Part shown: one piece after another, positions 19,230-30,301 of the stretch
Layout of the letters: each line of letters starts with the position of its first letter
Numbering within the stretch: the stretch's first letter is position 1
Virus record (IMG/VR): IMGVR_UViG_3300045451_000008
Location: 1-64,000 of that record
DNA: 64,000 nucleotides
Reading direction: 5' to 3' (one strand)
From: a virus
The notes under the pieces: generated by a model
Seen by the model: only the letters and a program-made list of their open reading frames with translations
Database searches by the model: none
Told to the model about the DNA's origin: nothing
Translations under genes and position numbers: made by a program

Positions 19230-19508
19230 ATGACCTTCGAGATCCCCAAGCCGGATGGCACGCGCGAGGCAGACATGCTCTGGGCACAGCTCAAGCCGCT
19301 CTACCGCCGCATGGCAGCGCTCATCATGCCTCCGGTCACCAGCGGCTCCTACAAGCTCGGAGGCGCCAAGGGTGAGGACCTGGAAGCCGTAGCCACAGCC
19401 ATCGGGAAGATTCTCTCCACCATGTCCGGTGAGCAGCTCGCGACCGTGCTGTCCATCGCAGCCACCGAGGGCATCGTCCAGGGTGAGATGAGGGGCCGAG
19501 GACTGTAG
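19230..19508 (+). CDS. Hypothetical helical protein, paralogue of 23874..24137
   Basis: Shared pattern L..L..R...LI.P...G..L......I.ST...EQLA..L. Confidence 0.55.
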   Translation: MTFEIPKPDGTREADMLWAQLKPLYRRMAALIMPPVTSGSYKLGGAKGEDLEAVATAIGKILSTMSGEQLATVLSIAATEGIVQGEMRGRGL

Positions 19509-19546
19509 GAGTTGACATCTGTCAACCACTGAAGGAGACTAGACCC

Positions 19547-19894
19547 ATGAGCACAGCATTCAAGCTCCCCGAGGGGATCGAACTCGTCCAGACCGCTGAA
19601 GGCACTCCGAAGGAGTACAGCGGGCCGAGGAGCTTCGGTGAGAAGAAGACCATCATCATCGACCGCAAGTACGAGGTGCGTCGCGGTGACGAGGTGCTCG
19701 GCTACATCGAGTACAAGATGGCCACGCGTGAGCAGCGCACCCCGGGCAAGATGTACGTCAACCGTCGCTGGCAGTCGCCCGCGTGGTTCGACCGTGCCAA
19801 CGATGGCTCGGCCAACTACTGGCGCTCCTACGAGTCCACGTCCAAGACGCAGGCCATCCGGAACATCCTCCGCGCGCACGGCATCGACTCCTGA
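19547..19894 (+). CDS. Hypothetical protein
   Basis: Leaderless ATG 38 nt from the motif at 19509. Confidence 0.7.
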   Translation: MSTAFKLPEGIELVQTAEGTPKEYSGPRSFGEKKTIIIDRKYEVRRGDEVLGYIEYKMATREQRTPGKMYVNRRWQSPAWFDRANDGSANYWRSYESTSKTQAIRNILRAHGIDS

Positions 19895-20890
19895 CCATGG
19901 GCATCACAATCTCTCGTCGGGCGTACGACTTCCGTCTCCCGCTCCTCTGCCGGTTCAAGCACCACTGGGACAAGATTCCCTACCTCGTCACGCACAGCTC
20001 CGGCTCCACCACCGCGCACTACATCTGCACCCGCAAGTGTGCCTACACCAAGACCGAGGACCTCTGATGACCAAGGCCAAGTGCAACAGGTGCGGCAAGC
20101 AGCGTGAGGTCCGAGCTGGAAGCCACTTCGGTGGTGGCAGCTACAAGCGTCCGGGCCGCATGTACTCGTCCAACATCTGCCGTGAGTGTGCAGTCATGCT
20201 CCTCACCTACATCACCCCGGGTCACCGCCGCGTGAGCAACTGGGACATCCTGACCCTGCGCCGCATCTGGAACATCGAGAAAGAAGAATCATGACTGTCA
20301 CAGCCGACGACATCTTCATCAACGACGAGTGGCGCCGGAAGGCCGATGGCGCCCTCGTGCGCATCGTGAGCTTCAACAAGGAGTTCGGTGACGTGCGGTG
20401 GTACAACCCCGCCAAGGGCACCTACGGCAACATCTACCTCCACAACATGGAGGAGCGCTACGAGCTGATTCCCGACGACGAGCGGCTGAAGCGGGCGCAG
20501 GCTGAGTTCCAAGAACTCGTCCTGGCAGAGCGCAGGCGCGCCATCGGGCTTGGCTACGACACGGAACACGATGACACGCACGGGCTGGATTGCCTCTTCC
20601 GTCGAGCACAGGAGTACCTGCGTCGAGGCAAGACCATCCAGGGAGCAGCTCTGATGCTCGCAGCGCAGGATTACGTGGACCGCAACTACGGTGCAGAGCG
20701 GCGCTGATGACCAAGAAGAAGAAGAATCTCGGACAGTGGCTGGACGCCATCATCGAGTACCGAGACAGCGGTTGGTGGATTGTGGCACTCGTCCTCATCC
20801 CTGCCATCGTCATCAGCACCGTGCTCACCCTGTCGCTCTACTTCGCCAGCAGGAGTTGACATCTGACAACTCCGGGCGCACACTAGACAC

Positions 20891-21523
20891 ATGAGCAACC
20901 GCACCGCAGAAATTGCCGCAGCACGAGCCGCTGACGAGCAGATCGCCGCCGCCTGGGCCGAGTACTACAAGGTCGCCACCCAGCTCGCGACGGCCAAGAC
21001 GTCGCTGAAGGACGCCACCAAGCGCATGGCACGAGCTTCCTACAACAGGGAGAGCTACCAGGAGGACGTTTCGTACTACGAAGCCCGGGTCGAGAAGCTT
21101 CAGGCCGAGGCCAAGGACCTGCGCACCATCGCCGTCGAGCTGAACCAGGACCTCTACAAGGGCTGGACAAGATTCTTCCTCGTCAAGCACATCCACTCCT
21201 CGCAGTACTGCTCCTCCTTCCGTCCCACCACTCAGGTCGGATGGCTCCCCAACCTCAGCGGGCAGACCGAGGCCGAGGCAGTGGCCGAGCACGGCGCCAT
21301 CCTCTGCACCATCTGCTACCCCACGGCTCCCGTCGCGTGGACCGAGGGCAAGAAGGAAGACGGCATCTGCGCTGGAAGCGGCCAGTACTACAACGCCGAC
21401 AAGCCCACGGGGCGTGAGCGTTCGTACTACTCGCCCACCGGCACGTGCAGCACGTGTGACAAGACGGTCGGCCTCACCGCTCGCAACTCCACCCGGGTGC
21501 GCAAGCACAAGGTCACTGCCTAG
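20891..21523 (+). CDS. Coiled-coil and Cys/His-rich hypothetical protein
   Basis: Leaderless start; HIHSSQYCSS, LCTICYP, C.GSG and CSTC motifs. Confidence 0.7.
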   Translation: MSNRTAEIAAARAADEQIAAAWAEYYKVATQLATAKTSLKDATKRMARASYNRESYQEDVSYYEARVEKLQAEAKDLRTIAVELNQDLYKGWTRFFLVKHIHSSQYCSSFRPTTQVGWLPNLSGQTEAEAVAEHGAILCTICYPTAPVAWTEGKKEDGICAGSGQYYNADKPTGRERSYYSPTGTCSTCDKTVGLTARNSTRVRKHKVTA

Positions 21524-21637
21524 AAGTTGATTTTGCATTCCTAGGGGTCTGTCAGTTCTACTTTTAGACATCAGGGAATTCCTCGCAAAAGAATGTAGGG
21601 TGAGCCCCGCATTCGACATCGCCACAGGGAGCCCCAC

Positions 21638-21874
21638 ATGACCGTCATCAGCGCCACACTGGCCCTGGAAGCCCTCAGGACCGAGTCAACCGACCTCCAG
21701 GACCTCTTGGAGCTTGCCCGCGCCAAACGGGCATCCAGGGATTCCCTCATCCGTGACGCCATCACCTCAGGCATGACCTACAAGAGCGTGCAGCGCGTCA
21801 CTGGACTGTCCCGCGACCACATCAGGGACATCGTCAACAAGCCCACTGGCACACACCTCCGGACGGTCGTATAA
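21638..21874 (+). CDS. Small HTH DNA-binding protein
   Basis: RDSLIRDAITSGMTYKSVQRVTGLSRDHIRDIV HTH pattern. Confidence 0.7.
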   Translation: MTVISATLALEALRTESTDLQDLLELARAKRASRDSLIRDAITSGMTYKSVQRVTGLSRDHIRDIVNKPTGTHLRTVV

Positions 21875-21879
21875 CAGGC

Positions 21880-22830
21880 ATGCTCAGTCACATCGCGGTA
21901 GAGAACTACCAGTCCATCAAGAGCGCCTCCATCGAGCTGGGACGCTTCACCGTCGTAGTGGGACAGACCGACTCCGGCAAGAGCGCCTTCACCCGTGCCA
22001 TCAAGACCCTCACCAGCAACACCAGGGGTGACAGCTTCATCACGACAGGTGAGCGCCTCACCCTCATCACCGCCACCACCGACAAGGGCACCGTGGTCCT
22101 CAAGCGTGGCAGCAGCAATGAGTACGTGCTCCTGCCTGACTCTCACCCCGAGCAGCAGCAGACCTTCACCAAGCTCAACGCCTCCACCCCTACTGAGGTC
22201 TCTGCCTTCCTGGGCATCGAGGCCAAGGACCCCATCAACTTCGCAGGCCAGTTCGACACCCCCTACCTGCTCAAGAGCACGGGCACCGAGGTAGCAAGAA
22301 TCCTGGGTGAGCTGACCAACGTGGACGTCATCTTCCGTGCAGCAGCCGAGAGCAACAAGCGACGCCGCAACGCCTCCACCACGCTGAAGACCCGCAGCGA
22401 GGACCTCGCCTCCCTGATGCTCACCATCGAGGACTACAGGCCCCTCCAGGCACAGCGTGAGGCCATCACCAAGGCACAGGACGCACTGCGCCGTGCAGCC
22501 GAGGCTGATGAGGCCATCAAGCAGCTCTACGCGCTCTACATCCACATCGAGGAGACCGAGTACGAGCTGGCGGAGAACGAGAAGCTCCTGGCCAAGCACA
22601 TCCCCGACATCACCACCATCGAGAAGGCACAGCAGCAGCTCACTGACTTCCTCACCATCGTTCGAGATCTCACCCAGGCAGCCACAGACCTCAAGCACTC
22701 ACGGGCAGCAGAAGCCGATGCAGCAGAAGCAGTCGCCACAGCCGAGCAGCTCTACTTCGACACCCTCACCGCAGCGGGACAGTGCCCCACGTGCAGCCAG
22801 GACACCAGCCACCTCCACCCTCACTCCTAG
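21880..22830 (+). CDS. SbcC/Rad50-like ATPase, N-terminal half only
   Basis: IAVENYQSIK; Walker A GQTDSGKS; Q-loop FAGQFD; coiled coil; ends at Zn hook CPTC; no signature motif or Walker B. Confidence 0.8.
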   Translation: MLSHIAVENYQSIKSASIELGRFTVVVGQTDSGKSAFTRAIKTLTSNTRGDSFITTGERLTLITATTDKGTVVLKRGSSNEYVLLPDSHPEQQQTFTKLNASTPTEVSAFLGIEAKDPINFAGQFDTPYLLKSTGTEVARILGELTNVDVIFRAAAESNKRRRNASTTLKTRSEDLASLMLTIEDYRPLQAQREAITKAQDALRRAAEADEAIKQLYALYIHIEETEYELAENEKLLAKHIPDITTIEKAQQQLTDFLTIVRDLTQAATDLKHSRAAEADAAEAVATAEQLYFDTLTAAGQCPTCSQDTSHLHPHS

Positions 22831-23873
22831 ACAGGAACAAGAATCATGAGCACCCACACCCTCAGGCCCTACGTACTCTCCGCTGATGGCGACATGCTCT
22901 GGCGCAAGGACTACAGCTACCGCATCGCCATCGTCCTGTGGCTCCCTGAGATGGACAGCTACATGCTCACGTGCGTGCACTGCACCGAGGGTCACTTCAC
23001 CAGCCGCATCAGGCGTGAGGCAGCAGACCTGGCGTACCAGCACTTCATCGCCAAGCACACGACCCTCACCGACGAGGGACTCACCGCATGAGCAGCGCAC
23101 AGTGCCAGGCCACCATGGGCACGCAGCGGTGCGCACGTCGAGCAGCTCACAACTACAACGAGCAGACCCACCACGAGAGCGGCACCAGGAGCTGGACGGA
23201 TGAGGACGACTTCTCCGTGCCTCACCCCAAGGACCCCATCACGCTTGCGCTCTACATCGCAGAGCAGCTCCTCGTGCAGGACGAGTACGAGCGTGGCAAC
23301 AGCCGCTCCTACTCCCAGCTCGTGAATGATCGAGACCCCCAGGCCCTGGCCATCGAGCAGGCCCGTACACAGCACAGGAAGAACAACGGCGCATGACCAT
23401 CTCCGCATCCTTCTACGTCGCCCGTGACCGCAACGTGTACGAGCGAGGCACCCACCAGTGGCTGGGCACGCTCTTCCCGGACCACGCCTCCGAGGAGCAT
23501 CTCCCCATGGGCTGGAACGCCCTGTGCAGCTACAGCGGCCTCTACAGCAAGTGCGGCCCGTACCTGTGCCAGCCGGACAGGACCCCCAGGCGCCGGGATG
23601 CTCTCGCAGACCTCATCCGCCACCACCACGAGGTGCACAGCAAGTGAGCGCGAACAAGAATCTTCCTGCCAACGCCCGCAACAAGGGCAAGGACGTCAGC
23701 CTCAAGAATCCCGACACCGAGGAACTGACCCCTATCGGCACCGTGCAGCGCCTCCCCATCAGGCAGTGCGTCTGGATCATCGACTGCATCGTGTGCTCAC
23801 AGCAGCTCTACGCCGACCACAAGCCCGAGGGCATCACCTACCTCGTGGAGCACTACGAACAGGAGCACAGCGC

Positions 23874-24137
23874 ATGAAGCTACCCACTGATGAGGACGCC
23901 AGCAGCTACGAGGAGCCCCTGGCCAGGCTCACTGTGCTCTGGGACAGAATCTCCGAGCTGATCGACCCTGCCATTCGCAACATGAGCTTCGAGGTGGCCG
24001 AGCACCACGGGGCAGAGCTGGACCAGCTCACCGCAGAACTGAACGGCATCGTCAGCACTCTCACCCGTGAGCAGCTCGCAGCCATGCTGATGTTCACTGC
24101 CATGTACTGGCGTGCTCACGGAAGGAACAGCGCATGA
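23874..24137 (+). CDS. Hypothetical helical protein, paralogue of 19230..19508
   Basis: AGGAG RBS; ATGA overlap; shared motif. Confidence 0.55.
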   Translation: MKLPTDEDASSYEEPLARLTVLWDRISELIDPAIRNMSFEVAEHHGAELDQLTAELNGIVSTLTREQLAAMLMFTAMYWRAHGRNSA

Positions 24138-24918
24138 GCCTCGTCACAGGCGTCCGCATCAAGAAGAACGGGCAGGTCTACCTCCACGACATGAATCCCA
24201 ACGTGGACGGCATCATGTTGGGCCTCGTGCGCACGATTCCGGGTTGGTGGCACACCAAGTGCACCGCCTTCGCCTGTGGGCAGATGTTCGAGGCCAAGAA
24301 TCGTGTGGACGCCGTGGACAAGCTCAAGCAGCACTACCTCAGGAGGCACATCACGTGAGGTACAGCTTCGTGCTCCACGGGCCGTTCATCCACGAGATCC
24401 CGAGCAGCACTCTCCGCAGCATCTACTTCATCGAGCCGGGGCATCAGCTCCACAGCTCGTGCCCGTGCAAGCCGGAACACCAGGGCACCTACTACAGCCA
24501 CCACAGCATCAAGGAAGAAGAATCATGACCGACGAGCAGCAGCTCCCCACCGTGAGCTTCGCCACCCCCTGGCGTACAGGCCGGGTGCTCATCCGCATCA
24601 CCCACAAGGAGCTGGGCAGCGTCTACTTCGTCCGCAGTGTGCATCTGCGCTCCACAGGGCTCGTGCTTCGCCTGGCAAGCGCCACACGGCCTCACCTGAC
24701 CCGACTGGACTCCTACCTGGAAGTGCCCAACGGCCTCACCAGCGACTGGACGGCGGAGAACGTCATCAGCGAGGAAGCGTACCGAGCAGCATGACCGAGG
24801 AAGTGCGAGTCAGCATCGCTGCCCTGTTCATCTTCGGAGGCATCCAGGTCTTCGGGATGGCCGTGGGATGGACGCTTCGAGGCATCAACGACCGAGCCAA
24901 GGACCGAAAGAAGAATTC

Positions 24919-25203
24919 ATGAGCCACAACGCCTACGACGAGCGCATGCGCCGCGACCACATCCCACCCACGCCCCCGCAGCCTCGCAAGATGGTCGTCT
25001 CCGTGCAGCTCCCCAAGGCCAGCACCGACACCCTGAAGAACCTCAGTCAGGAGCTGCACAAGAGCCACGCCACCATCGTGCAGGAGGCCCTGTGGCTCTT
25101 CGAGCTGGCATGGCAGGCGCAGGAGAACGGCGGGGTGCTCACCATCCAGGGGGATGGGCCGGACAAGAGCATCCACATCAGGAAGCTCCCTGAGGCGATC
25201 TAA
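24919..25203 (+). CDS. Ribbon-helix-helix (CopG-like) DNA-binding protein
   Basis: VVSVQLP beta strand followed by LKNLSQELHKSHATIVQEAL helices. Confidence 0.6.
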   Translation: MSHNAYDERMRRDHIPPTPPQPRKMVVSVQLPKASTDTLKNLSQELHKSHATIVQEALWLFELAWQAQENGGVLTIQGDGPDKSIHIRKLPEAI

Positions 25204-25392
25204 GGCCCTAGGACCTCAGAACAGACAGACACACGGCGAGCGCCGTTTCTCCCGCCCTAGGCCCCCTAGAAGGGCTTACAGCAGCATGTGGGGGATATCG
25301 GCGCTCGCCGCAGTCGTCTCTGCCTTGAAATTGGTCCAACGGGTTTCCCTCAGGAGTTGACACATGACAACTCCGTCCCGCATACTAGACAC

Positions 25393-25554
25393 ATGAGCAG
25401 CACAGCGATCACCGCCTTCATCACCGCCGCAGTCATCGCGGGCATCCCGGCCCTGTTCATCTTCGTCATCACGGTCGTCCCGACCTTCGTCAAGGAGCAG
25501 CTCATCGCTCGCGGCGTCATCAGCGCCTTCTACGTCGAGAAGAAGCGCAAGTAA
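25393..25554 (+). CDS. Small membrane peptide, paralogue 1 (MSSTAITAFITAAVIAGIPALF...)
   Basis: Leaderless ATG after the motif at 25354; single TM segment; basic tail. Confidence 0.7.
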   Translation: MSSTAITAFITAAVIAGIPALFIFVITVVPTFVKEQLIARGVISAFYVEKKRK

Positions 25555-25629
25555 CCCTCAGGGGGTCCTGACCGACCTCCCCCCCCCCCAGCAGTACACG
25601 AGCCCCCAGGGGCAGCTAGGAGCCACACC

Positions 25630-25836
25630 GTGCACGTCTTCGTCGTCACCCACCACACCTCGGACAGCCTGGGCGACCACGTCTCCGTGGATTCGGTGCA
25701 TGGCACCCAGGGGCTCGCTGAGGCCCGCGTGCGCGAGCTGGACGCAGGGCACGGCTACGGGGAATTCGATGAGCTGTTCCTGGCCCCCGTGCTCACCGTT
25801 CACGAGAAGCGCGTTCTCGCTGAGCTGGAGGCCTAG
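25630..25836 (+). CDS. Small hypothetical protein, VFVV...VHxT...A family
   Basis: AGGAG RBS; similar to 26221, 28892 and 51378. Confidence 0.6.
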   Translation: MHVFVVTHHTSDSLGDHVSVDSVHGTQGLAEARVRELDAGHGYGEFDELFLAPVLTVHEKRVLAELEA

Positions 25837-26070
25837 GCCATGAGCCGGTTCGAGAAGTTCGTCCTGGGCTTCTGCATCCTGTGGGGCGTAGTTGCCATCG
25901 TCGGCACCGTCTACGCCATCGTCATCGCCGTGCAGCAGTACTACAGCTAGGGGGCCGCTGTCGGCGCTCGCCGCATGCGGTGCAGCACTAGGGCGAAAAA
26001 AAGTTCCTTCCCCGGAATCTAGGGGATCTTGGAGTTGACATCTGACAACTCCATCCCACATACTGGACCT

Positions 26071-26193
26071 ATGAGCAGCCAGGTCGTCACCGCATTCGTC
26101 GCAGCACTGATCGCCGCGGGCGGACCGGCCATCCTCTACTTCGTCATCATCGAGCTTCCCGAGGCTGTCCGCAGCTTCTTCTCTCGCCGCTAA
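26071..26193 (+). CDS. Small membrane peptide, paralogue 2 (MSSQVVTAFVAALIAAGGPAILYFVIIELPEAVRSFFSRR)
   Basis: Leaderless ATG after the motif at 26032; 40 aa, below the ORF-track cutoff. Confidence 0.75.
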   Translation: MSSQVVTAFVAALIAAGGPAILYFVIIELPEAVRSFFSRR

Positions 26194-26220
26194 GCCCCCA
26201 GGGGCCGTCAGGAGCACATC

Positions 26221-26613
26221 ATGAGCACCGTCTTCGTCGTCACCCGCTACGACACCTACCAGGACACCAAGAACGTCCACTCCGTGCACAGCACCGAGGA
26301 AGCCGCCAAGGCCGCACAGGACGCCATCGACGCCTCCCTTGGCCAGCACGCGTTTTACGACTCCTTCGAGTTGGACGCCTCTCAGGAGGCCGCTCCTGAG
26401 AAGGCCCTCACCTGGGGCTACTACATGGAGCTGGGCCTGCGTGGGGACACCTACGAGGGCACGGGCTACGCCAGTGACACCGAGGCGGCTTCGGCCATGA
26501 ACGCGGCTCGTGCCGGACGCCCGGCGCAGCGAATCTGGATCGGCACCTACGAGGGCTACATCGCCCCCACCACCTTGGGCCTGCTCGTCCAGGTCCCCGC
26601 AGAGGAGGTCTAG
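26221..26613 (+). CDS. Hypothetical protein, VFVV...VHST family
   Basis: AGGAG RBS; motif shared with 25630. Confidence 0.65.
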   Translation: MSTVFVVTRYDTYQDTKNVHSVHSTEEAAKAAQDAIDASLGQHAFYDSFELDASQEAAPEKALTWGYYMELGLRGDTYEGTGYASDTEAASAMNAARAGRPAQRIWIGTYEGYIAPTTLGLLVQVPAEEV

Positions 26614-27332
26614 GCCGTGTGGCAGCTGCCTCCCGCCTTCAAGATCGGGGACCGCGTGATTCTTGTTCCGCCGACCCTGAGTACCCCGGGCATCGTCATG
26701 GACTACGCGGGCTACAACCAGAAGGGCCGAGTGCACACCGTCGTCGTTCGCAACATCCTTACCGGACGCGTCACCACCTACCGTGAGGACGCCCTCACCC
26801 CCGCCCCTGAGGAGGCCTGAAACATGAATCTCTTCCCCACTGACGTGCACCAGTTCGCTGAGGCCGCACAGGGCGACAAGTGCTACTACTGCCACCGCCC
26901 CTATGGGGGCCTCATCCATGACGTGCAGCCCGGAGACACCCCCGAGCAGGTACAGGCCGCACAGAAGCTCTACTACGCCCTACAGGGCCGACAGGAGGCC
27001 TAGAGCCATGCCGTACACACCCAAGCCCATCACGAGCTGGCAGCGCCTCACGCTGGCCTGTGGCTGCACCAAGGACATCAGCAACCGCAACGACGACCGC
27101 TACGAGGTTCACGAGGACTACTACTGCGAGACCCTGTCCGGCATTCACCCGAAGGTGCACGGGCTCGTCATCGTGACCGCAGAGGAGGACCTCAGCGGGA
27201 GCGACGTCGTAGGCACGGTGCTCATCGAGGCGGGCCTGGAGTTCGTGCGGTTCCGGGCCGGGGATGCAGCACTTCTCTACAGGGGCGGCGCCAAGCCCAT
27301 CACCAAGGAGCAGTGGGAGGCAATCAAGGCCC

Positions 27333-27394
27333 TGTGATACGGTGCAACCACCGTGTCAGGACACGAGCCCCTAGGGAGACCTGGGGGCTTTCGT
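27333..27394 (+). terminator. Stop-codon hairpin plus terminator cassette, copy 1
   Basis: TGATACGGTG/CACCGTGTCA stem, then AGCCCCTAGG-GAGA-CCTGGGGGCT-TTCGT. Confidence 0.6.
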
Positions 27395-27489
27395 GCATCC
27401 AGGGGCGGATGTCGGCGCTCGCAGAAGATCTTTGGACGGGTTTCCCTCAGGAGTTGACACATGACAACTCCCTCCCGCATACTGGACCT

Positions 27490-27612
27490 ATGAGCAGCTC
27501 AGTCATCACCGCCTTCATCACCGCCCTTGCCGCCGCTGGCGCCCCCGCGGTCATGTACTTCGCGGTTGTGGAGCTGCCCGCCATGGTTCGCGACTTCTTC
27601 GCTCGCCGCTAA
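27490..27612 (+). CDS. Small membrane peptide, paralogue 3 (MSSSVITAFITALAAAGAPAVMYFAVVELPAMVRDFFARR)
   Basis: Leaderless ATG after the motif at 27451; clearly homologous to 26071. Confidence 0.75.
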   Translation: MSSSVITAFITALAAAGAPAVMYFAVVELPAMVRDFFARR

Positions 27613-28055
27613 GACCCCCGACAGACAGGAGCACGACATGGACACCGCACTGGCCGACGAGTACCGCGCCACAGCCACCCGTGCCCGTGAGAGGGCCAAT
27701 GAGCTGGAACTCCGGATGTGGAAGCTCAGGGACATGGCCGACCACCTGGACGCCGCCGCTGACGCCATCGACAAGATGGAGGCCTGACATGCCGGGCACT
27801 GCACTCACCGTCCACCAGACCTCGAACCTGAAGTACTGGTACCTCAAGGCAGGGGACCGCATCCTCTACCGCGTCTTCGACACCGCAGCCGAAGCAGAGG
27901 CGCACGCAGCCGAACTCGACAAGCCCAAGGAGGCCATCTGACATGGGCTCCGACACCATCTCCCTGTTCCTCATCGCAGGCATCCTCTTCCTGACGGCCT
28001 TCATCGTCGTCCCCAAGCCCTAGCTCCACCCCTGAAACAAGAATTCGGAGACACC

Positions 28056-28406
28056 ATGAAGCAGCTCATCGACGCCGACCACAGCGTTTACCTGACCCCG
28101 GGCAACAGTGCCGTCGTGCGCAGCACCAAGGACGGCCTCTGGCATGTCACCCTGGGCACGGACTACACGGGCACCTTCGCCAGCCGCAAGGACGCGGAGG
28201 AGGCCGCTCAGAAGGCCCTGGAGGACTGGGACGACGCCCGTGCCAAGGTCGCCGCTCAGAACGCCCTCCAGGCCGTCAAGGAGATCCTGGCGCCCGTCAT
28301 CGCCATGGACGCCTTCGACCCCCAGGCCCTGAGCAAGCAGGAGCAGGCCACGCTCACTCTGGCCAAGCTCCTCCACAAGGCCATCATCGACAACGGGGCG
28401 GGCTGA
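28056..28406 (+). CDS. Member of the W-x-V...G-x-F-x-x-R-x-x-AE paralogue family
   Basis: WHVTLGTDYTGTFASRKDAEEAAQKAL plus C-terminal LQAVKEIL helix. Confidence 0.65.
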   Translation: MKQLIDADHSVYLTPGNSAVVRSTKDGLWHVTLGTDYTGTFASRKDAEEAAQKALEDWDDARAKVAAQNALQAVKEILAPVIAMDAFDPQALSKQEQATLTLAKLLHKAIIDNGAG

Positions 28407-28891
28407 GATGGCCTCCCTGGAAGAGATGAAGGCCGACCTGGAGAAGCGGGGCTACAAGCACATCCCCGAGACGGCTACGAGCATCCGCGTAGGGGACCGC
28501 ATCCGGCACACCTCCCACAGGTACCCCGACGCCTTCCGCAAGGGCACTGCGACCGTGCTGGCCATCCTGCGCAACGAGGGCTCGACCTGGGAGCAGAGCT
28601 ACAACAAGCACGACGTGGAGCTGATCGTCCAGCACGACTGGAGGGATGCCACTGAGGTCACCCAGTGGGCCGACTACCACTGCGCCGCCATCGGAGGGGA
28701 CCTGTGAGCGCCCCCGAGTACCTGGACTGGGACGACAAGAATCTGACGAACCAGACCGCCGAGGTACGAACCGCCTTCGTGCGTTCCGGCGCCCTCTTCG
28801 ACTACACGGCACAGGAACGCAGGAACCAGTTCGACATCTGGCTGGGCAAGGTCATCGAGCAGAGCCACGAGGCAGAGAAGGAGCCGGAACG

Positions 28892-29233
28892 ATGAAGGTC
28901 TTCGCACTGATGGGGCACGATTCCCAAGGCGCGCCTGTACTGATCGCCGTGCACGCCACCAAGGCCTCCGCTGAAGCCCAAGCTGAGTACCTCAAGTTGG
29001 AGGAGAACGGCTGGATCGGCTGGCATGTCTCGAAGCTGACGCTCCAGGACAACCCCATCCCTCGCGAGGCCTACATAGACGAGGTCCTGAGCGCCCTGAA
29101 GACGACCTGGCACAAGAATCAGAGCCTCCCCCTGGGGCAGCTCATCGTGGACGCCGCCAGCATGGCCAGCCAGAACCCGGTCTATGTGGTCTCGGACGCC
29201 GACATGCTCTCAGGGCTGAGGATTCTCGCATGA
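28892..29233 (+). CDS. Two-module hypothetical protein (VF...VHxT module plus YihD/DUF1040-like module)
   Basis: IDEVLSALKTTWHKNQSLPLGQLI matches the N-terminus of 29999. Confidence 0.55.
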   Translation: MKVFALMGHDSQGAPVLIAVHATKASAEAQAEYLKLEENGWIGWHVSKLTLQDNPIPREAYIDEVLSALKTTWHKNQSLPLGQLIVDAASMASQNPVYVVSDADMLSGLRILA

Positions 29234-29998
29234 GCGCTCCCATCGTGGACCACTTCACCCGGCATGACGCCTCCATGCGCCGCCTGAAGCTCATCGAGGT
29301 CCTCTGCAACGGGGACGAATCACGCAAGACCTACAGGGCCTTCCCTGAGTACCGCGCACAGGAGGGCCAGCTCTGGACCCGCCTAGGAAAGTGGACCGCA
29401 TGAACAAGAATCTGCGAGACCCCGAGTGGCTGTGGCACGTCGATCCCGAGACCGGCATCCTGTCGATCTATGACGAGGGTCTTCGCGACGCCGTGCAGAA
29501 GATGCTCAACGCCACCAACGACGAGCACGAGGCCGCTCTCGCCAAGAGCGAAGGGCTACGGACGATGTTGCTCAACACAGGTCGCCAGGTACTCGCGGAG
29601 CGCGATGAAGCCCGAGCCGCTCTCAAGAAGGCGGAGGAAGAGTCCGACCAGTGGCTCCGGGACATCATCGCGCAGGCCAAGGACCGGATCGGTACTGCCG
29701 CCTTCGGTGGAGGTCCCTACGGCCCCACCGTGTCCCTCGTCAGGATCGTCTACGACATCCTCGATGACCCCCGCCTCAAGTACGCTCCGCCCACCATCCT
29801 GAGGACGGCGGAGGAGTTGCGAGCGCTTCCCCGTGACAGCGTGATTCTTGTGGACGGTGTGCCCTGGGTCTCGGACGGCTTTAGGAACTGGGTCATCGGA
29901 GGTTCCTCTCCGCTCGCTATCGCGGTCGCATCGAAGAGCCTTCTGTCAGGCGGCGCAACCGCGCGCGTCATCTACGTCCCGCCCACCAAGGAGTCAGC

Positions 29999-30301
29999 AT
30001 GACCCGAGACGCAAGCCGCATCCCCGAGGTCCTGGAGGCCCTCAGGAAGGCCTGGGAAGCCAGCCCCGACCTCCGCCTAGGGCAGCTCATCACAGGCGCC
30101 GTAGACGCCTTCAGCCAGCGCGGGGGAACCATCTTCTACCTGGACGACGTCGACATGAAGCAGGCCCTGGAGAACGTCACCCCGGAACCCGAGCCCAAGC
30201 ACGTGCACTCCTTCTGGACCGTGCAGTGGCTGGAGGAGGGGCTTCTCCAGGATTGCAGCGACTCCATGTGCCACGAGCGTCGGATGGTGCCGTACCGATG
30301 A
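29999..30301 (+). CDS. YihD/DUF1040-like phage protein
   Basis: RDASRIPEVLEALRKAWEASPDLRLGQLI motif. Confidence 0.55.
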   Translation: MTRDASRIPEVLEALRKAWEASPDLRLGQLITGAVDAFSQRGGTIFYLDDVDMKQALENVTPEPEPKHVHSFWTVQWLEEGLLQDCSDSMCHERRMVPYR

